A stretch of 64,000 nucleotides of DNA, taken from Cyanidioschyzon merolae (Eukaryota). The stretch lies in assembly GCA_000091205.1 (NCBI GenBank), contig AP006491.2; one strand, written 5' to 3'. The notes beneath the pieces are model-generated. The model ran no database searches. It was not told the origin of the DNA and saw nothing but the letters and a program-made list of their open reading frames with translations. Below are positions 20,438 to 30,983 of this stretch, piece by piece. Position numbers and translations under genes: made by a program. Position 1 is the first letter of the stretch. The number at the start of each line of letters is the position of its first letter.

Positions 20438-22948
20438 ATGCGTTCCAACGGAACAATCACCACACCCGAGCGTCCGTACAGGCCATGGTGGAAAGCCGAG
20501 CAAGTCCAGCAAGCACTCGAGCGCGGTACAGTGGTGGCAGGAGAACTTCGTGTGAACGCCAAACAACCTGGGGAAGCTTTCGTGCGCAGCGTGCACCACA
20601 AAAGAGATATCTTTATCCAGCGGGAGCAGCTTCGCAACCGAGCGCTCGACGGAGACCTCGTTGCCGTGTTGGTAAAGACGCGTCCACGACGCAACAGCAA
20701 CTCAGCAGCAGTACCAGTAGCAGTTCAGGACTCGTGTTCCGAGCCGTCGACCTCTGACGGGTCGTCGCTCGGAGCCAGCGCCGAACTCGAACGTGACAAG
20801 GCGCTAGGAACACTGCCTCTGGGTCAACCGAGGACGCACCTGGAGCCGGCCGAAGGCCCAGAACCCGAACACCTATGCGGGCGAGTCGTTGCTGTTTTGG
20901 AGCGCCACCGACCCCGATACATATTTGGGCGAGTGGAACGACACGATTCACTTCTGTGTTTGTCACCAGATGATCGACGTCTACCAAGGTTTCAAATCGA
21001 GCTGGTTGGCTTCTGCGCTCGCGCTAGGGAACGCCTGTATCGAAGCGTTGGTCATCTAGCTGTCGCAACGTTCACGGGCCGTTGGCATACACACGACACC
21101 TTCCCGCGGTGTGCGCTCTTGCGACTCTGGGACGAGAGCGATGACCTCGCTGCTGGCATGTCGCTTATTCGCTACAAGTTTTCTGTACCACCGGCTACGG
21201 CCTCGTGCTGGATACCGCTTTCGAAAGCAGTTGCCTGGGATGCATCCGCTGCGGGTACCGCTTGGGATGCCTGCTCAAAAAGTCATAACATTCGTGACTG
21301 GCGCGACGCTGTTCGGGCGTTCACCATCGACCCGGAGACGAGTCGCGACCTCGACGATGCGCTGTCGGTGCGCTGGGATCCCGATGCAAATGGGTACCGC
21401 GTTGGCATCCATATCGCAGACGTGTCGGCCTATGTACAAACTGGGACCCTATTGGATGAGGAGGCAGCACGCCGAGGCACTAGTTTCTACTTTATGGACC
21501 ATGCAGTACCGATGTTGCCGCCAGCGCTTAGCGAAGACCTCTGCTCGCTGCTCCCCGGACGCGATCGACGAACCGTATCGGTAGAGATTCTGCTGACAAC
21601 AGATGGGACAGTGCAGGGTGAGCCCTGGATCGGTCGCGGGCTTATCCGGAGTTGCGCCAAGCTCTCGTATCAGCAGGTCCAGCGGATCCTGCGGGATCGG
21701 GATCCGTCTCAAGTTTCCGATCCGTTGATAGCGGACGTGCATCTCCTGTACCGTTTGGCAATGCAGAGGCGGCAACAGCGACGCGCTCGGGGCGCGCTCC
21801 TACAGTTTCAACGCCAGCTGTCGCTGGAGCGAGTGCGCGCTATTCGTTCATTCGCGAACCTGAAGAAGACGGGCGAACCAGACGGTGCACATTGGCTCGT
21901 GGAGGAATTCATGCTCCTGGCGAATGAACAGATCGCGAGGTTCCTCCAGCGGCACTGTCCCCGGGAGGCACTCCTGCGACGTCATCCGCCGTTCGATAAA
22001 ACGCTCGTGGAGCGTATTACCCAGTGGGCGACAAAGCGAGGCCTCGCATTCACAGCAAGCGATACGCAAGCGCTCCAAACGAGTCTGGATGCGCTAGCGG
22101 ACACAGCACCGATCGCAATGATCGTTCTCCGCAACAAACTTACCAAGGCGATGGCGACTGCTGAATACATCTGTGCTGGTGCCTTTGACGATGCAGCCGC
22201 TTACCGTCACACTGCACTCGACCTGGATGTGTATACGCATTTTACCAGCCCGATACGGCGCTATGCGGACATCATTGTGCACCGACAGGTGCTTTCGGTG
22301 TTGGACGCGCCAAGTGAGGCACGGTCTGGTTCCCAGAAGCCGGTTGCTCAGCAGGTCGAAGCCGTCTCCGCGATCGCTGCACACTGCAACCAGCGCAAGA
22401 AGGATGCCGACGCTGCGGAGTCGGCGGCTGCTTGGCTCCATCTCGCACAAGAGCTCCAGGTCGAGCCGCTCGAGTGCGATGCGATCATTGGGGGTTTCCC
22501 GAACAGTTGCCGTTGCTTGGATGTATATGTACCAGTTCTGGACCTGGAGGTCGTACTGGACTTTACAAGGGACCTCGGCGCTTCGGTTTGTCTGCAGACC
22601 AGGGATCCAGTGACAGGTCTGGAGGAGCTCGAACTCGAATGGCCAGTGCATATACTGAGACCGTACGGCCTGGATGAGGCGCGCACGTCGTTCATTGTGG
22701 GGCTCGGCAAGTCGAGCGGGACCCATCCCGCCGCCTCACTGGTGTCAGAGGCGTGGACGATCCGAGTGCGTCTCCGAGAACTCGATACCTGTCGAGTACT
22801 CGTTTCGGGGGAGACTCGACCCTATGTCCACGCTCGCGTGCAGCTGATTCTAGACAGATGCAGTCCAGCGGACGCGCAGCGATACGTTCTGCGAGTTGCA
22901 AGCGTGCCGTGCCTATTGACGGAAAGCGACCACGACTTGCTCGACTAG
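20438..22948 (+). CDS. DIS3L2: RNase II/RNB-family 3'-5' exoribonuclease, DIS3L2-like (no PIN domain apparent)
   Basis: 836 aa. The N-terminal cold-shock region is GELRVNAKQPGEAFVRSVHHKRDIFIQREQLRNRALDGDLVAVL. The RNB catalytic motifs are FTIDPETSRDLDDALSV and HFTSPIRRYADIIVHRQ. A C-terminal S1-like region follows. Confidence 0.85.
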   Translation: MRSNGTITTPERPYRPWWKAEQVQQALERGTVVAGELRVNAKQPGEAFVRSVHHKRDIFIQREQLRNRALDGDLVAVLVKTRPRRNSNSAAVPVAVQDSCSEPSTSDGSSLGASAELERDKALGTLPLGQPRTHLEPAEGPEPEHLCGRVVAVLERHRPRYIFGRVERHDSLLCLSPDDRRLPRFQIELVGFCARARERLYRSVGHLAVATFTGRWHTHDTFPRCALLRLWDESDDLAAGMSLIRYKFSVPPATASCWIPLSKAVAWDASAAGTAWDACSKSHNIRDWRDAVRAFTIDPETSRDLDDALSVRWDPDANGYRVGIHIADVSAYVQTGTLLDEEAARRGTSFYFMDHAVPMLPPALSEDLCSLLPGRDRRTVSVEILLTTDGTVQGEPWIGRGLIRSCAKLSYQQVQRILRDRDPSQVSDPLIADVHLLYRLAMQRRQQRRARGALLQFQRQLSLERVRAIRSFANLKKTGEPDGAHWLVEEFMLLANEQIARFLQRHCPREALLRRHPPFDKTLVERITQWATKRGLAFTASDTQALQTSLDALADTAPIAMIVLRNKLTKAMATAEYICAGAFDDAAAYRHTALDLDVYTHFTSPIRRYADIIVHRQVLSVLDAPSEARSGSQKPVAQQVEAVSAIAAHCNQRKKDADAAESAAAWLHLAQELQVEPLECDAIIGGFPNSCRCLDVYVPVLDLEVVLDFTRDLGASVCLQTRDPVTGLEELELEWPVHILRPYGLDEARTSFIVGLGKSSGTHPAASLVSEAWTIRVRLRELDTCRVLVSGETRPYVHARVQLILDRCSPADAQRYVLRVASVPCLLTESDHDLLD

Positions 22949-24017
22949 TTGCTGCTGAATGTTTGGTTCGTGTACTACTAGAACGCTGGGTGTTCAGCGG
23001 CTAGGACGCTGCTCAAGGATGCTGAAAGCGACCGCAACTCTCTCGACAAGCAGCAGTAAAAGCACCTGAGTTTGCATGTCTGACTCGTGTACCGCTGGAA
23101 TGATGTCCATTCAGCGGCTAGGGCACTGCTGCGCTACCGCATGGCGCGTACGCAGTTGCACCGGGTGCCGCGGAGCGAATTATAGACTATGTCGCCACGC
23201 TGTATGCTTGGCCGCTTGAAGCCGCTCCCTGAAAACAAGCACATACACACATACATAGACGCGTACACACACTGCGTGGTCAGGCAGGTCTGCGGCAGGT
23301 CACAAGGCGGCTGAACCGTAGAGCAAGCGCCCTTTTATTCGAGGTGCGTGCGCGCTGCACCCCAGACTTTGGCATAGACTTGTCCGACAAGCTTGGATTG
23401 CACTCCTAAGCGGAAAAGTGAGCAAGCTACGGCACCGGCTCTGCTTGAACGTAAACACACAGTACCTACTACAGCGGTCAACGTGACGCTGCAGGCCGGG
23501 GCCGCTATTTCGGGCACCGGGGGGGCTGCTGCGCGGCCCCGGGTAGCCCACAGACACCGCGGAAGCGACTCAGTTCCAGCGAAAAATTCCAACCTTTCCT
23601 CTACTATGCTTCTACTGCACAGTCTCAGTATCGATAAGAGAACAACACACTTGCCAATAGCCCTGGACACGTCCGTCTACGAAGCACCACGCAGTGCGTG
23701 TGTCTGCCAAAGTCTTCCACGGGGAGCAGCGAAACGTTGTGTCCGCTCATCAGGAAGCGTCCCTGGGTCTCGTCCGACGCTCCTGAGTGCACAGAGGCAG
23801 CCGAGCACCCACCGAGGGCAACCTCGAACACCGTCGAGAAGGCGTCGGGCGTCTCCACTGTGTTTCTCGAGTGCCCTGCCCTGGGCAGGCACTGGAAGAG
23901 CACTCACGGGCGACGCGCGGCGCGCTGTTCTCCTGTTTGAATACCCGCGGCAGCGTCAGAGGCGCCTTGTTCGCTGCTGAGCGTCCCTGACAGGCCCCTG
24001 GGAAGCAGTACGAAACG

Positions 24018-25166
24018 ATGGAAACGGACCGGCTCAAGGTCGACAGTTTAGACGCGGAGATCACTGCCACTTTGCGGATTATCGAGCTGAACTTTTTGAA
24101 TGCACTCGAGCAAGTTGACCGTATCCAGCGAGTGGCGAAACGCTACGTGCAGAGTGCAGAGAAACTGCGGGCGTTTGCCGCACCCTGGCGAAACCTCTTT
24201 CACTCCATAGCACGTGATACGTCTGGAGAGCGTCAGGTGGAGACGAGACCAGCTCCAGGCGGAGGTAGCAGTGAAAATAATCTTCACGAGAGACTCGTGA
24301 GTCTGCCTCAGTCGATGCGTGAGTCGTTGGCGCGGCTTCGCGCTTTCTTGCCGCACAAGCCGCGCACTGCGGACTGGGGAAACTTTTCAGGGCTGCTCGA
24401 GGACGATGTAGATGATGATGACGACGACGCTCCGTTTCTTTGTAGGGTTTCCGAACGCCGCGCGGATGCGGGCGACGCTTTTTGCGAGACCTCGTCGGGG
24501 CCGGTGCGAGCAGTCGGGACGCACGGACGCACGTCGTCTCTCGTGGAGGGCATAGCAGGAATGCCTGTCGCTTCACACGATGAAAGCAGTGCAGCTGCTG
24601 GGGAGCATGTTTTCTACAAGAGACCGTCGACGAACCCGAACTTGTGCGCGCGCTGGCCGCAGCAGACTGACGCCACCGGAGCAGCTAATACCCCAGCAGC
24701 CACAGTGCCGCGGCACGACCTCGTTGGTCCGGGTGTATATGAACCTATTCACGCCGATCGTGGACTTGGACGTTGTTCTCGTACGGCGGACAATAACGAA
24801 TTGGAACTCGAACGGTTTCCGGAAAAGTTTCGTGATGGTGATGGCGCTCGGCAGCTGCAACAGCTGTACGCTGTGTTTTGCCAGCATCCTTCTGTTGCAC
24901 TCAGTGCGGCGGATTTGGCCGCTATGCTGGACGGCTCACACAGTCTGGAGGTTTTGGAACTTGTCTGTGAACTACTGGCGAGCCGCAATTACCTGCTAAG
25001 CGTGCTTGGGTCGGGGTCAGTTCGGCAATGGATGCTTGCGCCACGGTATGACGAGCCGAGCTCGATAGTCACCGGCGCGCTGGGTGGTTCCAGCGAGACG
25101 CTCGACAGCATTGCCGCATCCAGTTTTTCCGTCATCGATACCGCCTTGTCGATAGACGAAATGTAA
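24018..25166 (+). CDS. Hypothetical protein with an acidic (Asp-rich) stretch
   Basis: 382-aa ORF with a clean ATG after a long intergenic gap. It contains DDVDDDDDDA. No recognisable domain. Confidence 0.4.
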   Translation: METDRLKVDSLDAEITATLRIIELNFLNALEQVDRIQRVAKRYVQSAEKLRAFAAPWRNLFHSIARDTSGERQVETRPAPGGGSSENNLHERLVSLPQSMRESLARLRAFLPHKPRTADWGNFSGLLEDDVDDDDDDAPFLCRVSERRADAGDAFCETSSGPVRAVGTHGRTSSLVEGIAGMPVASHDESSAAAGEHVFYKRPSTNPNLCARWPQQTDATGAANTPAATVPRHDLVGPGVYEPIHADRGLGRCSRTADNNELELERFPEKFRDGDGARQLQQLYAVFCQHPSVALSAADLAAMLDGSHSLEVLELVCELLASRNYLLSVLGSGSVRQWMLAPRYDEPSSIVTGALGGSSETLDSIAASSFSVIDTALSIDEM

Positions 25167-26511
25167 AAAGTGGTACACCGCAGGGCCTGTATGCACATGT
25201 AATCAAAAACATCCGGCTACAGCGTTGTTCGGTCGTTCACAGCATGATTCGGGTCTCGTGAGAAACATCTGGTGAACGACCTTTGCGGGATAATGGGGTT
25301 TCAGATAAGGTCTGTACCAAGATACGGTACAACGAAGCGTCTTGACCTGATGCAAGCGGCTTTATCATGGTCCAAATGGACAAATGGCGTGCCCGAAGTG
25401 GAATGCGCTCAAACCATGCTTCCTCCGGTGCATCATCCTGCATGAAGGACGGCATGCGTTGGAGCGTAGCGCTCGAGCACCGCACGAGACGCGCGACTGG
25501 TGCGCAGTATCTTCCAGGACTTACGCGATCCGCAACGACTGGCGGGTAGAGCTGGTGCACGGCAGAGCGGCAGCGTTCCAATTGTACTGAAGCGCGAGAC
25601 CACCCGACGGCGTACGAAGCGTCTCTACTCCGTTTATTGGCAGCGTGTGCACCCTCGCGGGAATGCTGCTTCGAACTGTGTTCCAGCAGATTTCGAAAAT
25701 GCACTGGCAACCAATCGTTCTGAGGCAACGACATCGAGTGCTGTAACAGTGGCCAAGCTATCGACACGCGCATGCAACCACGAAAGCGCACAAACGCTCA
25801 GGCGCTTCTGTGCAGAGCGGTGTACCTGCTCACGGGTCTGGGCGCTTTACTCAACCTGTCTTTAACACTTGGCGACAACTATAAACGACAAAATTACAAA
25901 CAAATGAAGGTCCAGCGGCCTCTCGTGGTGCGCGTGCACGCCTTGCACGGTGCAGCTGTGCTCGCGAGAGCGCCTTCCGGCAAACACCAGCAGCAACAGC
26001 GCAGTGCGCTGCTCTAACCTCCGTAGCCCGCTGAAGACGCGCGATCCCAGCTATCCATCCAAGACGGCCTTCGGACTCGTATCCCGTTGACGGAATGCAT
26101 GGAGGTATCGCAGGTATGCTCGTCGTAGCTGCCGCACCCAAGCGACGAACTCGAGGGCGTAGGCCGAGGCACGCGTACTCCTAGTCAGGGCTGGAAGACC
26201 CAAAAAAACAGAAATGTACAGATTACATGAGACCCCCGCCAGCGCCAGCGCCCGCGCCAGCGCCGCTCGTGACGCTGTCCCACGCTGACGCAACGTTTCC
26301 CTGCCCGAGGTACCATCGATGCGTCTCAGCGGGCATCTCGCCGCTGCGCTATGCTTATTTGGAAACGGAGAAGCAACCGCCAAACCACTCCAGAAACTCA
26401 CCCTGCCTGCTGGGGATTCTTTCAGAGAACAACCCCAGCGCGTACCCGTCGGGCGTCACGCTTGGTTCTTCAAGGCGTTCGCCAGGTGCGTGCCTTCCTG
26501 CATCACCGCTG

Positions 26512-26878
26512 CTGCTGATCTCTACTACAGATCTCTACTCATTGCTGATCTCTACTACAGATCTCTACTCATTGCTGATTGCTGATCTCTACTCATTGCT
26601 GATCTCTACTACAGATCTCTACTCGTTGCTGATTGCTGATCTCTACTCGTTGGTGATTGCTGATCTCTACTCGTTGCTGATTGCTGATCTCTACTCGTTG
26701 GTGATTGCTGATCTCTACTCATTGCTGATTGCTGATCTCTACTCATTGCTGATTGCTGATCTCTACTCATTGCTGATTGCTGATCTCTACTCGTTGCTGA
26801 TTGCTGATCTCTACTCGTTGCTGATTGCTGATCTCTACTCATTGCTGATTGCTGATCTCTACTCATTGCTGATTGCTG
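26512..26878. repeat. 24-bp tandem array, about 15 units (ctgattgctgatctctactc[a/g]ttg), preceded by a few 30-bp variant units
   Basis: Near-identical contiguous units are visible directly. The period is a multiple of 3, so the ORF stays open on both strands ((LIADLYSL)n on plus, (SRDQQSAM)n on minus). A 12-bp direct repeat, ctgcatcaccgc, flanks it at 26498..26509 and 26882..26893. Confidence 0.9.
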
Positions 26879-27441
26879 CCGCTGCATCACCGCCGGGGAT
26901 CGGCGCCGATTGGCCGACGCGATCGAGAGGCCGTCGAGTCGGCGCCGTCGACCGCTCCTCCCATACCTCCTGCAACGCCTCGTGGTACGCCTCCATTGAG
27001 GTTCAACACACAGGACGCCATTACGCTTGACAGCTTGGGTAACGAAACAGTGTTCACTGCTCTAGCGGTTCGGTGTGGTGTCCACTGGTAGTAGGTAGAG
27101 CCAAGTGGGGAAACGCACACGTCTACGTTTCTGGAGGCCTTGCTCAAACGTGCGTTTTCTCGGAACGCAGAGGCGCTCTGGGGTACGACCAGCGCAAGCC
27201 TTTCCTGAGGTTGCCCGCGGTGCCGGGAGCGCGCTCGACACACGCGTGCGTCTGAACGCACGACAACGGGTAAGTTTCGCGGAACCTCGGTGTGTGGTGA
27301 CGGGAGCTGCTGCGGCACTGGAGCGCCCGGTCACGAGGCTTCGAGGACCTGCGTCTGCGTCAGGAACCTAACTGGTGTTGGTGTTCCGCGCGGAGGGCGC
27401 CTGACTTTTGCGTCAGTCCGTCAGTCTGTTAGTCTGTACTC

Positions 27442-29109
27442 GTGACTTGGACGCGCCAGGCAAGTCGTGAAGAGAGGATGCGCCTCGCCAGCGAGAGTTA
27501 CGCGACGCACGCACTGCCCGAGAGCAGTCATCTACCCGAAGACGACACGACCTGGGAACGTGGGACCGAACCCGTATCGCTTCTGGTCGCAAAACTGGAG
27601 CCGCTTCTGAGAGCCGGTGACGAAGGCAACTGGCGTGACATGGTATGTGTCAGAAAGCTGGCCGCATTGAAAGAGCGCCTCCTGGAAGAGCGGCAACGAG
27701 AGCAACGCCAGCAGCAGGCCGCTACGGTGCCTGGTGGCTACGAAAACGACCCCACTGGTGCGCAACTGCAGGCGCAAACGCTTCACACCGTGAATGCAGC
27801 GCTTGATAAAATTAACCGGCGCTTTGAGTACATGCGTCAACAGGGACATAACTGGGGATACGGGTCACGCATTGCAGAACCGCTTGCCACTCCATGGAAT
27901 GACGTGTGGCATGCACCGCCGGTGGAGGCAGCGCTCGGCACCTCGGCATCGAGAAAAGTTCGGGTGCTGCGGCGCAACAACTCCGCGCTGCGACTCGCCC
28001 TGGCAGGATCCCTCTTTATTGATCGCTTAGATGTTGAGGGTCCACAGGGTCGCAATTCTCCGGCCGGTGAGGGCGTTCGCGATGCCGTCCTCTACGAGTA
28101 CATGGACGCAGCAGAGTTTCGACAACGTCAGCTTCTGGAAATAGAGCGAGCGCGGCGGAGTGAGAGTCTTGACCTCGATGATGACGCATCGACGCCACAA
28201 GAGACTGGTGATTCCGAAGACAGCGAACACGGAGCACATGAACACCACGAATCCGTCAGCACCCAAGCAGACGCCGGACACTCCGATCCATCGCATGTGG
28301 TGAATGCGTCGCCACCGGAGCGCGAAACGCAGTCGAACCTGCAACGTGTCGCTCCGAGTTCCGGTATATTTGCACAATCGCATCTGTCCCGAATATACGC
28401 TAGCACCGAAGAGGAGTACCGAGAACAGCTCATGGCTGCATCGTTGCTCACCAGCCTCGATCGCCGCCGACGTTTTCGAGAATCCAGCGCGCAGCGTGAG
28501 CCCGTGACACCCTCGCTGCGTTCGGAGTCCACCACGACGCATACAGACCGGAGTGCAGAAGACACACAGCAAGTGGTTTATGCGATGCGCTCACAGAGCC
28601 CGGCCCCAGATCCACTGAGCAAGGCGCCAGGATCCACAGACGCCTCGGCTTGTCGTACGTCAGGTGTCTCCAGTGGGTCCAGCACGAACTCTGCTCCACT
28701 GGGTTCCGTTCAAGAGCTGGGGGGTTCCGGACGCTATCGACCCGGCAGCAATGCGGCACCATCACGTTTCTGCCACGTCTGCGCACGCACCAAGGACTTA
28801 CAGACTTGTGCAAACCTGCCAACTGGCTGCCGCAAAGTCACCTGTGCCAAGTGCTTTGAGGACCACGGCTGGGTACGTTCCGATGCCTGGGTGTGCACAC
28901 ATTGCCGCGGTGTGTGTCCAGAACGCTCGCAATGTCAAATTTATCGATTATCCAATCGCAACCGCAGCGCCAAGAATCGACGTCATGGACAAGGCAGATA
29001 TGCTGGTGCGAGGACACCAGCCGCCGCCGCCGCCGCCACGACCGCGTCGACTACAACTACTTCTACTACCACCAGCGGTGTTCATCGCAAGCGCGTGCGG
29101 CACTCGTGA
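27442..29109 (+). CDS. CDCA7: CDCA7-like protein with C-terminal zf-4CXXC_R1 zinc finger
   Basis: 555 aa. The C-terminal segment CHVCARTKDLQTCANLPTGCRKVTCAKCFEDHGWVRSDAWVCTHCRGVCPERSQC matches the four-CXXC pattern of CDCA7/JPO1 (CHQCRQKT...C..C.G.FCG.CL.NRYGE...W.CP.CRGICNCS). Upstream is coiled coil, then an acidic and serine-rich low-complexity region. Confidence 0.6.
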   Translation: MTWTRQASREERMRLASESYATHALPESSHLPEDDTTWERGTEPVSLLVAKLEPLLRAGDEGNWRDMVCVRKLAALKERLLEERQREQRQQQAATVPGGYENDPTGAQLQAQTLHTVNAALDKINRRFEYMRQQGHNWGYGSRIAEPLATPWNDVWHAPPVEAALGTSASRKVRVLRRNNSALRLALAGSLFIDRLDVEGPQGRNSPAGEGVRDAVLYEYMDAAEFRQRQLLEIERARRSESLDLDDDASTPQETGDSEDSEHGAHEHHESVSTQADAGHSDPSHVVNASPPERETQSNLQRVAPSSGIFAQSHLSRIYASTEEEYREQLMAASLLTSLDRRRRFRESSAQREPVTPSLRSESTTTHTDRSAEDTQQVVYAMRSQSPAPDPLSKAPGSTDASACRTSGVSSGSSTNSAPLGSVQELGGSGRYRPGSNAAPSRFCHVCARTKDLQTCANLPTGCRKVTCAKCFEDHGWVRSDAWVCTHCRGVCPERSQCQIYRLSNRNRSAKNRRHGQGRYAGARTPAAAAAATTASTTTTSTTTSGVHRKRVRHS

Positions 29110-29459
29110 TACACGTCTGGGTTGTTGTGCTCGCACGACGGGTGCGTTCCTTATTTGACGCACTGTTCATGCGAATGCCTTGCGTCACGAGCGGTGCCCG
29201 ATAGATGCGCATGGGCATCGAATGCGTACGTCCGAGTCCGATATGCACGTAGCGGCCTGACGGCATATGCCAGTCTGCAAACGATCCACTGCACTGAACC
29301 GTTTTTAGAACGTCTAGATGCGTTTTGTCGCGAAAATGGTGTACGGATTCGGCTTGCATCGCTTGCACTCGTATTGGATGCGGCGGCTGCCTGTCCGAGG
29401 TTCGCGCTCCATCGCAACAGCGATAATGTTGGGTATTAAGGAGCCTGGTGACATTGGCT

Positions 29460-30983
29460 CTACTTGTTTGCTCCTGTTGCTGGTGCTTCCGCTTGCTGTG
29501 CGGCATCCACAAAGCCCGCTAGAACGTCAGCGATGCGTCGGGTTTCATCGCGAGCGCGTTCGTCATCACCAAGGAGCCGCTTGATCAGGGCCTGGAAGCC
29601 ATCATGCGCCGGGTCCGAGCCGCAAGTCGCCGCTATTCGCGCTGCGTACTCGAGCAGGCCAACCATCATCACCGCCTCGGCGGCTGCGCAGAGCGCCGGA
29701 TCCACGTCGTCAGCCGATACCTTTCCAATCCCCAGCTGCCGATACGCTCTCAACAGCGGACTCTTCTGAAGCGCGTCTAAAAGCAAACGTCTAGAGCTAG
29801 AGCACTCACAGCTCGTGTTTGCATCTTGAATCCGCAACGGGGTTACCGCCAGATGACGAGAGAGATGCAGCGTCCAGATTTGAATGAGCGTTTCCATGAA
29901 CTCGGCGAGCTGCTTCTCGTCCATTGCGATTGCATATCCCCGCATCAGGCCTCGAATCGTGATTTGTACCTCAGTTAGCGCTCTAGCGGTTTCCTGCTGC
30001 GTCGACAGACGTTTCATGTGGAGAAGACGCGGACGCCACGCACACGGGCGTACCGTGCTCGCGGAGGCATCCTCCGACGGCACCGGTGTGCGGTTTGAGG
30101 TGCCCGACGCCTCAACGACCGGCCGACGACGCACCATAGCGAGACCCCGGGGCATCCCTGTTGCCGGATCGAGGACGCTCATCGCTCGATACAGGTCCGG
30201 GAGTGCCACCCAGTGTGGTGGGTACTTGAAGCGCGCCACATCAAGGATCAGGGCACGATCCGACACCTCGTCGTATGCAGCAATCGGGGAAAAATGCCCG
30301 GTGCCTGTTTGCTGCAGGGCCTCGCGGGCGTAGCAAAGCACCAGGAACCCGCTACCGTTTCGGGGGTCCCGATCACTGCACATTCGTTGGAGAGACTCAC
30401 GGAAACGCTCGAGCGATAAATGCTGGGACGGTGCCACACCAGGTGCTGGTGGCTGTGCTGTCTCCACGAGGGCACCATTGCATTGACCCAGGCAGCGGAA
30501 CTCGTCCAGGGTGATGCCCTCGCGAGCGACGATATGCAGAGGCAGACAGCAATCGAGGAGCTCCTCAGAAAACCAGCGCCAGGGGCCTTTCCACGGACGT
30601 CCGGGATCGACCTGGAGCGCGTTGAGCACCATTGCGAGCGAGCCTAAACCGCAAAAGGCCGGCTCGCTTTGCGTAGTAAACTGGGATACCAAGGGCAGGA
30701 AAGGCTCTGCTAGGCCCGAAAAAAGGCTGCGCTCGAACAAAGCTCGACCCTCAGCAGAGTCCAGCGCGATGCACGTTGCCGGAAGCGGGCGACGATAGAA
30801 CGACACCGCCGGCGGAGGAGTTGCGCTCGGTATCCTCGTCGTCGTCGTCGTCGTCGTCACCGTTATCGTCTGTGGTGTCTGTGTACGCAGCACCGTGGCG
30901 TCATTCTCTGGTAGCGCAGGAGCAGGTTGTGTGCGACTCGACGGCGTCTGAACTGGGCACTGCTCAAGCGCTGGCGCCATGGT
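29460..30983 (-). CDS. PCS: Phytochelatin synthase (glutathione gamma-glutamylcysteinyltransferase)
   Basis: The block [86 protein letters not shown] matches the papain-like PCS catalytic domain including the catalytic Cys (plant PCS: [20 protein letters not shown].LF...[45 protein letters not shown]). The six-frame ORF extends to 31181; the start is assigned to MAPALEQ at 30983, which is inference. A (GTC)n microsatellite encodes a poly-Thr tract near the N-terminus. Confidence 0.85.
   Translation of the reverse strand, partial: [507 protein letters not shown]
30835..30858. repeat. (GTC)n microsatellite inside the PCS 5' coding region (poly-Thr on the minus strand)
   Basis: tcgtcgtcgtcgtcgtcgtcgtc is visible directly. 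Confidence 0.85.

Noticed and set aside
26512-26878. 24-bp tandem array considered as a CRISPR-like repeat array
   Set aside because: Units are contiguous with no unique spacers. The period is 24 bp, there is no cas context, and the surrounding genes are eukaryotic. It is a minisatellite or coding repeat.
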